Source of the DNA: TPA_inf: Saccharomyces
Lineage: Eukaryota
Assembly: GCA_000146045.2 (NCBI GenBank)
Contig: BK006948.2
Span: 1 to 64,000, forward strand
Length of the DNA: 64,000 bases
Direction of reading: 5' to 3'
Part shown: positions 1-11,911 of the stretch, piece by piece
How the letters are laid out: the number at the start of each line of letters is the position of its first letter
Numbering within the stretch: the first letter of the stretch is position 1
Position numbers and translations under genes: made by a program
The notes under the pieces: model-generated
Told to the model about the DNA's origin: nothing
Seen by the model: the letters and a program-made list of their open reading frames with translations, nothing else
Databases searched by the model: none

Positions 1-117
1 ACACCACACCCACACCACACCCACACCCACACACCACACCCACACACACACACACACCACACCCACACACACCCACACACCACACCACACCCACACACCA
101 CCCACACACACACAACA
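1..117. repeat. TEL15L: Telomeric C1-3A/TG1-3 repeat tract at the chromosome end
   Basis: Irregular (CA/CCA/CCCA)n repeats typical of S. cerevisiae telomeres occupy the first ~115 nt. Confidence 0.95.
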
Positions 118-960
118 CTACCCTAATCTAACCCTGTCCAACCTGTCTCCAAACTTACCCTCCATTACCTTACCTCCCCACTCGTTACCCTGCCCCATTT
201 AACCATACCACAGCGAACCACGATCCACATCTCTACTTCCTACCACCAACCCACCGTCCACCATAACCGTTACCCTCCAACTACCCATATCCTACTCCAC
301 TGCCACTTACCCTGCCATTCCTCTACCATCCATCATCTGGTACTCACTATACTGTTGTTCTACCCACCATATTGAAACGCTAACAAATGATCGTAAATAA
401 TACACATATACTTACCCTACCACTCCAATCCCACCACCACATGCCATACTCACCTTCACTTGTATATTGATATGCCATACGCCCACGGATGCTATAGTAT
501 ATACCATCTCAAACTTACCCTACTTTCACATTCCACTCCATGGCCCATCTCTCACTAAATCAGTAAATATGCACCCACATCATTATGCACGGCGCTTGCC
601 TCAGCGGTCTATACCCTTTGCCATTTACCCATAAATTCCATGATTATCTACATTTTAATATCTATATCTCATTTGGCGGCCCAAAATATTGTATAACTGC
701 CCTTAATACATACGTTATACTATTTTACACCGTATACTAACCACTCAATTTATATACACTTATGTCAATGTTACAGAAAAATCACCACTAAAATCACCTA
801 AACATAAAAATATTCTATTCTTCAACAATAATACATAAACACACTCAATTACGTATCAATACCACCATGACGTCATTAACGTATAAGTTCCTTAATATTA
901 CCATTTGCTTGAACGGATGCCATTTCAGAATATTACGTACTTATGCAGACCATACATTAG
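118..960. repeat. Subtelomeric X element (combinatorial repeats followed by core X), approximate bounds
   Basis: Position immediately internal to the telomere repeats; non-coding; contains a perfect ARS consensus; matches the organisation of yeast X-only chromosome ends. Confidence 0.55.
799..809 (-). other. ARS consensus sequence (WTTTAYRTTTW) inside the core X element; putative replication origin
   Basis: taaacataaaa on + equals TTTTATGTTTA on the minus strand, an 11/11 ACS match. Confidence 0.5.
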
Positions 961-999
961 AATAATATGCCACCTTACTGTCGTAACATTCTTTATTCA

Positions 1000-1338
1000 C
1001 TAAGTTATAATATAGTAGTGGCTCACATTCATGCGGGTGTAATGTTTATCTGTAATATCGCCGGGATTTTCCACCGTTATATGACATATATATATATATA
1101 TATATATATAGGAATATGATATAATGTTATTCATTTTCTTGTTCTCTATCACCTTCGTCAAAGGGATGAAAGCATCTCTAAATATTATCATGTTTATGCT
1201 AAATCCTGCAATTGGGCCACTATGCAGTAATATTCCAATTATTGAAACTATATCAAGTCTTAACCAGGGCGTGCGGGCTACGTTAATATGCCTTCCGCTA
1301 GGAAGAATATGCGCGGATGTACTATACAGAACATGCAT
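1000..1338 (-). CDS. Hypothetical 112-aa subtelomeric ORF (corresponds to YOL166C; dubious)
   Basis: ATG-initiated ORF in the track; no recognisable domain; low-complexity Y/I-rich segment. Confidence 0.25.
   Translation of the reverse strand: MHVLYSTSAHILPSGRHINVARTPWLRLDIVSIIGILLHSGPIAGFSINMIIFRDAFIPLTKVIENKKMNNIISYSYIYIYIYICHITVENPGDITDKHYTRMNVSHYYIIT
1086..1111. repeat. (AT)n dinucleotide microsatellite
   Basis: atatatatatatatatatatatata seen directly. Confidence 0.9.
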
Positions 1339-1646
1339 TTATGAACTGCACATACGCCGTTAAGTAGCAGCAAAGAAGATTGTATTTTGGTACAGTTGCA
1401 AGGTTAATACAAACCTCATGTGCATATATACATATTTATGCGCATATACACCTTGTCTGAATAATAATATGTCAAGGGCGGATGGAACTGCTATCTAATT
1501 TGTAAATACCATGCTGTAAAACCATAGGAACGTTTTGTAAGCTACATGTCGTTAAGAGCATAGCATCATTACCTCAATACATGACATTAATACCAGCAGT
1601 AACGTATTTACTGCTTTACTTGCGTAGTTGATTACTGAAAAATTAT

Positions 1647-2078
1647 CTAAACATTATTCGTACCATATTTTTGAGTCAAGGAATTTAACACGATAAAAGT
1701 GTTAGGAAATCCGATGTCAAAAGGAACTACATTTTCCAAGTATTTTATATTGTCCGGCGTTAGATCGATACTGAGAGCCTTAATGTTCTCTTTGAGATCC
1801 TCAATTTTTCCTCCTTCAACCGACGGAAAAACATTTTTCGCCTTAGAGCGAACATAGGCAATAGCAATAGCAGTAACAGACTCAGTGCCATGTTCCTCAG
1901 CAACCTTGGCTAATGCTTCACTAATCTTGATTTCTGCATCTGTTTGTTCGGAGGCGCCAACGAAAGAACGAATACACTCTCCATTCTTCCTCCGTTCCTC
2001 CATTGCTTTTTTACTCTGAAATCTTCCACCTCCCATGACATCCCATGGGGCGAGGGCCATACCGAAATGCCTAGCCAT
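1647..2078 (-). CDS. AAD15: Truncated aryl-alcohol dehydrogenase (AAD family, aldo-keto reductase C-terminal portion), 143 aa from the first ATG
   Basis: Translation MARHFGMALAPWDVMGGGRFQSKKAMEERRKNGE...VRSKAKNVFP matches the C-terminal half of yeast AAD proteins; the ATG is at 2076-2078 (minus strand); the track ORF is extended by an alternative start. Confidence 0.85.
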   Translation of the reverse strand: MARHFGMALAPWDVMGGGRFQSKKAMEERRKNGECIRSFVGASEQTDAEIKISEALAKVAEEHGTESVTAIAIAYVRSKAKNVFPSVEGGKIEDLKENIKALSIDLTPDNIKYLENVVPFDIGFPNTFIVLNSLTQKYGTNNV

Positions 2079-2893
2079 TGGAATAATATCACGCTCAAAA
2101 TCTCTGTTCAACACGTTCCAGGCTGAACTCGAAATTGCTTACTATGTTCTATCCGTCTAAAAATGGCCTTTTCTATGAATGACAATGGTCCTAGTATACT
2201 TCTTGATGTGTCTTCACAAGGAATACCATTAGCATAATTGCTAAAGTCAACAAGCGCCATGCCGTACAACGAAGCACAAAGTGCCCTGATATAGTGGTCA
2301 TGTTGCGCCAGACTATGCGCAGCAAAAGGATAATCCAGAAATGTGACTAATCCTACTATAACTAGCATATCTTCGGCGTTCCATATCGACAGCGTAGTAT
2401 TAACGACACCTTCAGGCACTTGTAAGGAATATCTAAGCCCAGTCCTTTCAAGTACAGGTTGCTGTTCGAAATTGAGCTTATGAGAGGAATTGAATCCATC
2501 AGAGTCGTTTGCTGCAACATTGGCAGATAAATCTGTTCTCTCTTCATATTCACACCGTAATGAATTTTGTTGGCATCGCGAGCAAGCAGGCCGCAGTTTA
2601 TCACGTTTCCACTTAACCTTTTTTCACTGTGGTTGAATCCATGGCAGCATTTCAGCAGCCAATTTCTTGTACATGTGTTTTTCTACCGCTTACAGTAAGT
2701 ATTAGTGAATAGGATTATTAGTAATGGTGTCAAAATCTCATTCTCAATGATTTGTAATAATGAGTGTAATAGAGATCTGCACGGATCTTGAATAGAAAAT
2801 CTTCTGAATTCAAAAAGTTGAAGAATATACGCTTTATTATGTAAATTTTATTCTTCAGTTTATTTCAAACCATTAAATCTTCTTCTTTGATGG

Positions 2894-3223
2894 TGAGAAT
2901 TGGGTGAATTTTGAGAGAATTGTTGGGATTCCATTGTTGATAAAGGCTATAATATTAGGTACACAGAATATACTAGAAGTTCTCCTCGAGGATACAGGAA
3001 TCCTCAAAATGGAATCCATATTTCTGCATACTAATATTACGATTATTCCTCATTCCGTTTTATATGTTTCATTATCCTATTACATTATCACTCCTTGTAT
3101 TTCATTTTCCATTAGATTGGACGACTGTTTCTCAATCTTTATGTCATCCTCTTACACCGCACGTGATAATATACTACTAAGTATATGACACTAAATAGTT
3201 GATATTGGAATTTCGTTCCAACA
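2894..3223 (-). mobile_element. Solo Ty1/Ty2 delta LTR (~330 bp)
   Basis: Begins tgagaattgggtgaattttgagagaattgttgggattccattgttg and ends ttccaaca, which is the reverse complement of the delta consensus TGTTGGAATA...CAATGGAATCCCAACAATTATCTCAAAATTCACCCAATTCTCA. Confidence 0.85.
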
Positions 3224-4129
3224 TCAATACCTCTAGAATTTCCATTTTGCGTTGGCTAACGGTAGTAACTATCCTGATGTTGATCCTAGTTTTGAAATCT
3301 CCAAAAGCAATTGTCTTCGACTGAGGCAGCAATTAGTACTTCTCTAAAAGGGTCAGGCGACTCCAAATAGCACTTTTTGTGTTCAATCACCTCCCAATAT
3401 GCATTGTAGAATTTACTGCGCATATCTGAAGAAAGAGAACTATCGAAGAACAAAACAAAACGATAAGCCAATCATCCGTCCGACATGCTCGCTTAACTAG
3501 TCAACTTTGAAACAGAAGAGAACGAATGTCAATTTTAATGTTAATTACATGTCTACAAAGGAAACGAACAGTGCAAAAAGTCATACAACGGCCCAATTGG
3601 CCTCTATTTTGATCACGCATGCAATTGCACATAACATTGCCGTTAGAATATAGTGTCCTATTATTCTTCATAAGTAATAAGTGATTATATGGAGTAATCA
3701 GGCGTGTTGTGTCATTGATGTTTCAGGATAGAGAATGATATGTGACTATGCGCTAATGTGGACACAGTAAAGACAAAAGTTCATTACCTGGAAGATTAAC
3801 TGGACGTTTACGTATATAAAGATATCTGTCCCTTCATTAAGACTATAGTAAATGGTGTTATCATTATTAAACTGTCATGTTTAATATGACCAATTGGCTT
3901 GTGTTTTATGTACTCCTCTTTTAGAGTATAAGAAAATCTGCTTTTATACTTAAATAATACTACAACTTAACTACCAATTATCAACAATAAGAGAATGTGC
4001 TACCCTGAGTGAGTGTATGAGAATGCTGATAATTGCCACAGTTTCTTTTTATGTTCCTTCCTTTTTTTCTAAGGATGTTTATTGTAGCAAATATAAATAT
4101 ATAGCTCAATAAAGAAATACAAAGCTCCT

Positions 4130-4312
4130 ATGTTTGCTAAGCTTTATCGCGGTCTTACTTACGTTACCAACAAAATTCTATCTACATTGCTATCACATCA
4201 TTCCATACATTATTGCATAAATTCCTTTAAGCCGACTACATTGGCAATTATAATTCTTCTACACCCCTGTTGCCGTTGTAATGTTTACATTATTAGATGC
4301 ATCCACCATTAA
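4130..4312 (+). CDS. Small 60-aa ORF of unknown function (possibly the annotated YOL164W-A)
   Basis: ORF track only; no domain recognisable. Confidence 0.2.
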   Translation: MFAKLYRGLTYVTNKILSTLLSHHSIHYCINSFKPTTLAIIILLHPCCRCNVYIIRCIHH

Positions 4313-6174
4313 GACAAATTGGGCTGCAAACTCTTGGAAATATTCGGCGAAGTTACGGCAGAACGGGTGATTAATTGTTTTATTGTTCCAGGAGACTTTT
4401 CTCATTCCCTAAAAACATGATTATTACACAGCTTTGATCTAGAGCCGGTATTCGAACTAGTCAGACCATTTTTCACGAAATATAACAATATAGCCGCTGC
4501 TGCTGGCAATAACTATTGTGTCTTGACGTTTTAACAGCTGATAACCGCCATTTTTGGTGCTACCGCTAAAATCCTTTCGCGTATACAAAAAGAACCTTCT
4601 TGACTTACGTCAGATTTCTCATCAAGCAAAAATTAGCCGGTAACAATATCACCCAAAAGGTTCTTTTATATAAGAATTAGGGGTGGTTTTTTGGGACAAC
4701 GGCTAGTATAGCAAACGTAGTAGCTAATATCGGACGTAGCGGTAGCTTCCTTTTAGATCCCTCTTTGTAGTGTCGCATGCTTGAGTGGTGCCACATCTAA
4801 TAGCAAACACATGCCGACCCACTATAGTACTATAGAAGAAATACCTGCCGTTCACAACTTATTTGTTGTTGTAGATTGCGTTTATTCATTCGATTCTGAT
4901 AGCGCCGGAATACTTACGTAAACATCAATCCATAAACTCCCTTGAGAGTAACTTATACTCCCTTTTAGCAAGGAACTGCTGTCGCCAAGTAGTGCTCTTT
5001 TAGGCGATGTAATCTCACCAATGGCAAGTAGTTAGGTAAGGATACGGGGATATGGGACGTATACGACTGGTAGCAGGATGTGTGAATGCTCCTCTGACGT
5101 TTTATTAATGGAGTCCACTACGTGGAATTAACTAATCGTTATGACTAGAACGTTGACAGAAATCTTGCGTTCAGTGTTGGAACAGCTATGAAAACACCTT
5201 CAGTCAAATTCGATCCTGGTCACTACGTGTTTTTCTTTCTTGGGCTGAGCATACACACTTTACTCGGCGTATCTCGGTAATCCTCCTTGCTAAAGTAACA
5301 GTCAGTATACTGTACTATTAACCCTACTGCACGGCAGGTAGTATGCAAAATACTAAATACACGAGGTAATGTCGCTTCCAATTGAAAAGGTTCTGTTTTC
5401 AAGATCAGTGCTTCCCCCAACGGGGAATGTCTCGCGGCTCTTGCTAGCATGAACCCTGAGTTGCGAAACGAAACTTTCTTATTAAGAGATTACAAACCAT
5501 TAAAATAATTAATAAAAAATTTATGTATAACCTTCACTTGTGAGTACTACACTTCATTATTAGTCACCAATATATATGTCCATTCTGACAGCATTTAGAG
5601 TCTCGAGACCTCGGCTAGAACCTATATTAGTTATACAAGGCCACCAACTCATTCTAATCATGCGTCCCGTAAATCTATCAGTATTCTTGTGAACGTTTTT
5701 TACTTGGGAAGAAGTAGGTTCAATTTGTTCTTAGCATTCCCTAATCTTACTTCATGCCGATTACTATCTTAACTTTTTTTCCGATGACTTACGAGGTGAG
5801 CGTACCAACTAAGCATATGAACACGGAAGTGTGGCTTCTTCAACGCGACGTTACAAAAAGATATGATATCATTCCCTGTCCTTTCTTATGTATATTACAG
5901 CAATTTTGGACATTCTCTCCACTAACGAAGTGACATCATGGTAAATTCATTACGAGGATAAAACCATCGTGCTTACGGTGGCTTTCGTTTTAAAACTGTA
6001 TATTTGTGTATGTTTGCCACAGTAATGTAAAGTGATTATAAAAAGCAGCTTATATTCACTCCTATTACGTTGCTTGCACAAATTAATGACAATTTTTAAG
6101 GCCCAGCAATTCATAAGTGAATTCTCCACCAGGATCAAATCGAAAAACATCACTGTCTCACTAAACAACCGGAT

Positions 6175-8115
6175 ATGATTGGTGCCTTTAAGAGGAACCG
6201 TGGAAGTTCTCAGTCTTTTGCGAAGGAATGTCAACCTTCTACGTTAAAAGCCAACCTTGAAGTGGCAAAAGAACTTCCATTCTCAGATCGTCGCGATTTC
6301 GAGGATGCCACTCAAGGTTACATCGGCTCCTTATCTGATGAGCAAATAATCGGCCCTGACGGCGGTGTAGTATGGTGTATGAAATCTTATGGCTTTTTGG
6401 AGCCTGAGACGCCCGCAAATACTGTTAACCCTAGCTTGTGGAGACAAGCGCAGCTGAATGCCATTCATGGCCTATTTAAAATCACTGACAACGTTTACCA
6501 GGTTAGAGGACTAGATATCTCTAATATGACTATAATCGAAGGTAATACTTCTTTGATAATCATTGATACGCTTTTTACCACAGAGACTGCCCAAGAGTCG
6601 CTTAAACTTTACTATAGACATCGTCCTCAGAAACCTGTGCGTACCGTAATATATACGCATAGCCATTCGGACCACTATGGAGGAGTTAAAGGAATTGTCA
6701 AGGAAGCAGATGTGAAATCCGGAGAGGTGCAAATAATAGCCCCAGTTGGCTTCATGGAAAGTGTTGTAGCAGAAAACATTCTGGCAGGGAATGCGATGCA
6801 TCGACGTTCCCAATATCAGTTTGGTATGTTACTTTCTCCCAGTGTTAAGGGTCATGTTGATTGTGGGATAGGGAAAGCTGCCTCTCACGGAACAGTTACA
6901 CTGATTGCACCAACTATTATTATAGAAGAGCCCGTCGAAGAACGGACAATTGATGGTGTAGATTTTGTTTTTCAGCTTGCACCTGGATCGGAAGCGCCTT
7001 CGGAAATGCTCATTTATATGCCACAACAGCGTGTGCTCAACATGGCAGAAGATGTGACACATCATATGCATAACTTGTATGCTCTTCGAGGTGTTGAAGT
7101 ACGCGACGGCAACCAATGGGCTAAATACATCGATGCAGCTCGAGTTGCTTTCGGTAGCAAAACGGACGTTTTAATTGCCCAGCATCACTGGCCCACTACA
7201 GGGCAAATGCGGATCAATGAATTGCTGAAGAAGCAGCGGGATATGTATAAATTCATTCATGACCAAACACTTCGATTGCTTAATCAGGGATATACCAGTA
7301 GAGATATCGCCGAAACTCTTCGTATGCCATCCAGTCTTGAGCAAGAATGGTCAACACGAGGTTACTACGGCACTTTGAGTCACAATGTAAAGGCTGTGTA
7401 TCAAAAATACCTGGGGTGGTATGATGCAAATCCGGCTAACCTAAACCCTTTGCCACCCGTAGCCTATGCAAAGAAAGCAGTCGAGTATATGGGCGGCGCT
7501 GATGCTGTATTGGCACGGGCTTATAAAGATTTCCAGAAAGGAGAGTTTCGTTGGGTTGCAAGCGTTGTTAATCAATTGGTTTTCGCTGACCCAAATAACC
7601 ATCAAGCTCGTGAGCTCTGTGCTGACGCATTGGAACAGCTGGGGTATCAAGCAGAAGCCAGCACGTGGCGCAACGCTTACCTTGTAGGCGCCATGGAGTT
7701 GCGCCAAGGTGTACCAAAAAGACGAAGTACTGGTAAGCGCAACAATATTGCCGTTTTGAATAACGAAATGTTTTTTGACTTTCTTGCTGTGAGATTGAAC
7801 GCTACGAAAGCAGAAGGTAAAATTATCGTTAGTAATTGGTGTTTCATTAATTCAAATGAACGGTTCGTGATCACTCTCGAAAACTGTGCCCTGACCTACA
7901 TTCAGGGCTGGCAGACAGATGCAGATGCAACAATTACTCTCAAAAGAACTACATTTGAAGCTTTATTGGCCAATGAAATTACTATGGTTGATTTTTTAAG
8001 ATCAAAAGAAGTCGAAATAGAGGGTAATCGACTCAGAATTGAAGAGCTGTTGAAGTTGTTTGACGACTTCGACCAGTCCTTTCCCGTCGTTGAGCCTATG
8101 GGGGGAAGCACTTGA
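6175..8115 (+). CDS. BDS1: Alkyl/aryl-sulfatase of the metallo-beta-lactamase superfamily, 646 aa
   Basis: HSHSDH metal-binding motif of the MBL fold plus a C-terminal SCP2-like region; matches yeast Bds1 (bacterially derived sulfatase); ATG at 6175, TGA at 8113-8115. Confidence 0.92.
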   Translation: MIGAFKRNRGSSQSFAKECQPSTLKANLEVAKELPFSDRRDFEDATQGYIGSLSDEQIIGPDGGVVWCMKSYGFLEPETPANTVNPSLWRQAQLNAIHGLFKITDNVYQVRGLDISNMTIIEGNTSLIIIDTLFTTETAQESLKLYYRHRPQKPVRTVIYTHSHSDHYGGVKGIVKEADVKSGEVQIIAPVGFMESVVAENILAGNAMHRRSQYQFGMLLSPSVKGHVDCGIGKAASHGTVTLIAPTIIIEEPVEERTIDGVDFVFQLAPGSEAPSEMLIYMPQQRVLNMAEDVTHHMHNLYALRGVEVRDGNQWAKYIDAARVAFGSKTDVLIAQHHWPTTGQMRINELLKKQRDMYKFIHDQTLRLLNQGYTSRDIAETLRMPSSLEQEWSTRGYYGTLSHNVKAVYQKYLGWYDANPANLNPLPPVAYAKKAVEYMGGADAVLARAYKDFQKGEFRWVASVVNQLVFADPNNHQARELCADALEQLGYQAEASTWRNAYLVGAMELRQGVPKRRSTGKRNNIAVLNNEMFFDFLAVRLNATKAEGKIIVSNWCFINSNERFVITLENCALTYIQGWQTDADATITLKRTTFEALLANEITMVDFLRSKEVEIEGNRLRIEELLKLFDDFDQSFPVVEPMGGST

Positions 8116-9353
8116 ATATATTATCAGAAATCGGCGAGAAACTTGATTTTTAGATGCCAACTTTTTTATCCACTATATTATATAATTTTTCAATAGTATT
8201 TCTTCAATACGAGGCCTTTTGTGAAGAAGAGAAATCATTCCTGGCCCACTGATTATCATATACGATATCGAGAATGATATAAGTTATAAAGCTTGTAAAG
8301 TGTGGTTCGAGGTGTTATCGTATTTACTACAATTGGAAAAGTACGGATTAATATACAGTGAAACTAATGAATCAGAGTGTTTAAAAAAGGAAGACACAGT
8401 AATCTATAATACTTTGGTGGAGCTACAGGTTTCTATTTACAGTCACCTATACTTCCGAAGAGAGCTTTTCGTATATTCTGTTTTCCTAATAACATTTACT
8501 ATTGTGAATTGAAATTTAAAGTTATCTCAAATTCAAATGAATCTGCCGTTTCGATTTACTTCGATAAAGTTTGCGTTCTTCAAAATGGTAGTTTCAGACC
8601 ATCTACTTTCCATCACCTGGTTTTCATCGACATTCCAGCTAATAGTGGAAAGATAGATTCACACTAACGGTGGAATACAAACTCATAGTGATTACAACTG
8701 TTTCGGGCTTGTGGCGTATATTGTGGCGCGATGTAAGAGAATACTCAGAGGACCCTGCGCCACAAGCTAAGACAAAACAAAGAGAACTTATCTGGCAGCT
8801 CGCCGAGTTTCGGTGTTCTTTAGGGTGACGCTCACCGCTTGTCATTGTGAATAGACCACAATTTTCCTCCGATTTCTTCACAATGGCTCTGATGGAAAAG
8901 CCATCTGCTGAAGATAATATACTCACCTAGACTATTCAACAGCAATCGGGGTGTCATAGAGTTTTTTATCCATTACACAGATATGTAAATCTTTATTGAC
9001 ACTGCTGATAACCGAAGGCAGCCTGAGCCAATATACTTAGTATATAAACGTACTATTTCAGACACAAATTAATATAGCACTCTCTAAACACTTTGTTTCG
9101 TATTTATGTTTGAGTACAAGCCTGAAAAAGCCTCTGTAGAAACTACAGTTACTCAGTTAGAGGAGTCCCTTTCTGATAAACCTCTCTATTCATTGGTGAA
9201 CATTCCCAATACCGACAACTCTCTGGAAAGCCTGAAAACCCCTTTTTAAATCCTGCTGTGGAAAAGTATTATAGACAGTTGTACGAGTCCACTAAGTATG
9301 AATGTCTTGAAAGATTTGATACAACATTTGAATGGACTAAGAAAGAAGAATAA

Positions 9354-10766
9354 AAAGTAGTGAGAAAGTTAGACTGGCATGTTACTCCCCTTTCATGTTT
9401 CCTATTTGTGGCCTTGCAGATTGATCGAGGTAATTTGTCACAAGCGGTCGCCGATAACTTATTGCATGATTTGGGTTTAAATGCTAACAATTATAACGTT
9501 GGAAACACCATATTCTACTTGACTTTCTTGTGTGCAGAATTACCCTCACAACTCATTTCGAAGAAACTAGGAGCTGATAGTTGGATTCCTCTGCAAATGA
9601 TAGCGTGGTCCCTAGTGGCTACGTTGCAATGCAAAATGACAGGGAAGAGTTCTTTCTATACATGTAGAGCACTTATGGGCCTATTTGAAGGTGGTTTTGT
9701 GGCTGATTTGGTTCTCTGGATGTCGTACTTCTACAGCTCTTCAGAATTGTCAATAAGACTGTCGTTCTTCTGGGTGACACTATCTCTAACACAAATCATC
9801 ACTTCAATTGTGGCCTTCGGGGTTTTTCACATGAGAGGGATAGGTGGCATGGCAGGGTGGCAATGGCTTTTTTTGATAGAAAGAATTTTCACTTTAGTCA
9901 TCGGTATCAGTGCATACTTCTTGATGGTACCCTCCGTAGTTCAAACGAAGAAACCTTGGAGCAAGAAAGGATGGTTCACTGAGAGGGAAGAAAAAATCAT
10001 CGTAAACAAGATTCTGAGAGATGATCCGACAAAAGGGGATATGAACAATAGGCAAGGTATGTCACTTAAAATGTTATGGCAGGGGATAACAGATTACTAT
10101 ATATAGCCTATCTACTTGATGGGCCTTTTGGCTTATATCCCTACGAACGTTTTGGCCACATACCTGACTTTGGTATTGAGAAGTATCGGTTTCACAACCT
10201 TTCAAGCCAACCTGCTAGCTATTCCTAACTTTGTTCTTCATATTCTCCTGCTGTTTGGTTTAACATGGTCGACAGAAAAATGTAATAACAGGCTAGGTTT
10301 GAGTCTGTTACAACCGTTGTACACTGTTCCTCTTCTTGCAGTTCTTCGCTTTTGGAAAGGTACAATGTTTAATAAATGGGGAACTTATGCAATTATTACC
10401 TTAATATTAGATAATCCGTATATCCATGCAATTTGTGTATCCTTGTGTTCTAGAAACTCCCAATCAGTTAAAACAAGAACAGTATCTACTTGCTTGTACA
10501 ATATGTTCGTGCAAGCAGGTCTCATCATATCCTCAAACATTTATGCGAAAAGCGATGCCCCACTCTATCGTAAGGGAAATGGAGTTCTTTTTGGTTTGGC
10601 ACTTTTTATGTTTCCAATATTAATTGGTAGCAAATTGATTTATGTCTATATCAACAAGCAGAGGGATAAGAGGTGGAATGCAATGTCAGAAGAGGAAAAA
10701 GACCACTATCTAAGTACTACTAGTGATGCTGGTTCACGTAGACTCGATTTTAGATTCTATCACTGA
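9354..10766 (+). pseudogene. Relic of a Dal5-subfamily MFS permease, 5'-truncated and split by a single in-frame TAG (10104-10106); S288C annotates the pieces as YOL163W (9597..10106) and YOL162W (10119..10766)
   Basis: Both track ORFs (9360..10106 and 10116..10766) are in the same frame, separated only by TAG followed by cct atc tac ttg atg; the translation has MFS/allantoate-permease-like transmembrane segments; the frame opens just after a TAA at 9351-9353 with no plausible N-terminus. Confidence 0.8.
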
Positions 10767-11548
10767 ACTATGTAGAAATATGGATACAATCTCCATGTTA
10801 TGTATTTTTTAAGTTTGTGAATCATTTTTTTCATTTAATGTTCTATACTATTTTCAATAAGATGGATTAAGGACTTATATTTACCCTATTGCCGTTGGTG
10901 TTTATGAACTAATCACTCTTTTTCCTTAATTATATGTTTAGGTGATTGCTTAGGTTTGTTTAGGGTATGATGAGCTTATTCACTATATTGTTGAGTTAAA
11001 TATTCGAGATTTGAAATTTATAATTTGCTATAAATCTTGGTTTTCTTGGTCGGTTCCACAAAAAACTGTGCCAACCCAAAAATTTTGATATTTTACGTGT
11101 CGAAAAATGAGGGTCTCTAAATGAGAGTCTGATACCATGACTTGTAGCTCGCACTGCCCTGATCTGCAATCATGTTCTTAGAAGTGACGCATATTCTATA
11201 CGGCCCGACGCGACGCGCCAAAAAATGAAAAAAGAAGCAGCGACTCATTTTTATGGAAGGACAAAGTGCTGCGAAGTCATACGCTTCCAATTTCATTGTT
11301 GTTTATTGGACATACTCTGTTAGCTTTATTACCGTCCACGCTTTTTCTACAATAGTGTAAAATTTCTTTCTATGTTTATCATATTCATAAAATGCTTCAC
11401 GAACACCGTCATTGATCAAATATGTTTATAATATTAATATACATTTATATAATCAACGGTATTTATATCATCAAAAAAAGTAGTTTTTTATTTTATTTTT
11501 CATTACTTTTCACTGTCTATGGATTTTCATTCGTAAAGGCATCAGTCT

Positions 11549-11911
11549 CTAGTTTGCGATAGTGTAGATACCATCTTTGGATAGAGCCTTGGAGATAGCT
11601 GGCTTTAATCTGGTGGAGTACCATGGGACACCGGTGATCATTCTGGTGACTTGGTCTGGGGAAATACCAGTCAACATGGTGGTGAAGTCACCGTAGTTGA
11701 AAACGGCTTCAGCAACTTCGACTGGGTAGGTTTCAGTTGGGTGGGCGGCTTGGAACATGTAGTATTGGGCCAAGTGAGCTCTGATATCAGAGACGTAGAC
11801 ACCCAATTCCACCAAGTTGACTCTTTCGTCAGATTGAGCTAGAGTGGTGGTTGCGGAAGCACCAGCAGCGATGGCGGCGACACCAGCAGCGATTGAAGTT
11901 AATTTGACCAT
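11549..11911 (-). CDS. PAU20: Seripauperin (PAU/TIR family cell-wall protein), 120 aa
   Basis: [53 protein letters not shown]... is canonical PAU sequence; subtelomeric location. Confidence 0.9.
   Translation of the reverse strand: MVKLTSIAAGVAAIAAGASATTTLAQSDERVNLVELGVYVSDIRAHLAQYYMFQAAHPTETYPVEVAEAVFNYGDFTTMLTGISPDQVTRMITGVPWYSTRLKPAISKALSKDGIYTIAN

Noticed and set aside
1124-1363. 79-aa + strand ORF overlapping YOL166C
   Set aside because: It overlaps an already dubious ORF antisense in AT-rich X-adjacent DNA, with no homology signal.
4441-4470. gccggtattcgaactagtc, another T-loop-like string
   Set aside because: The flanks do not form a T-stem (CCGGT vs CTAGT), so this is not a tRNA.
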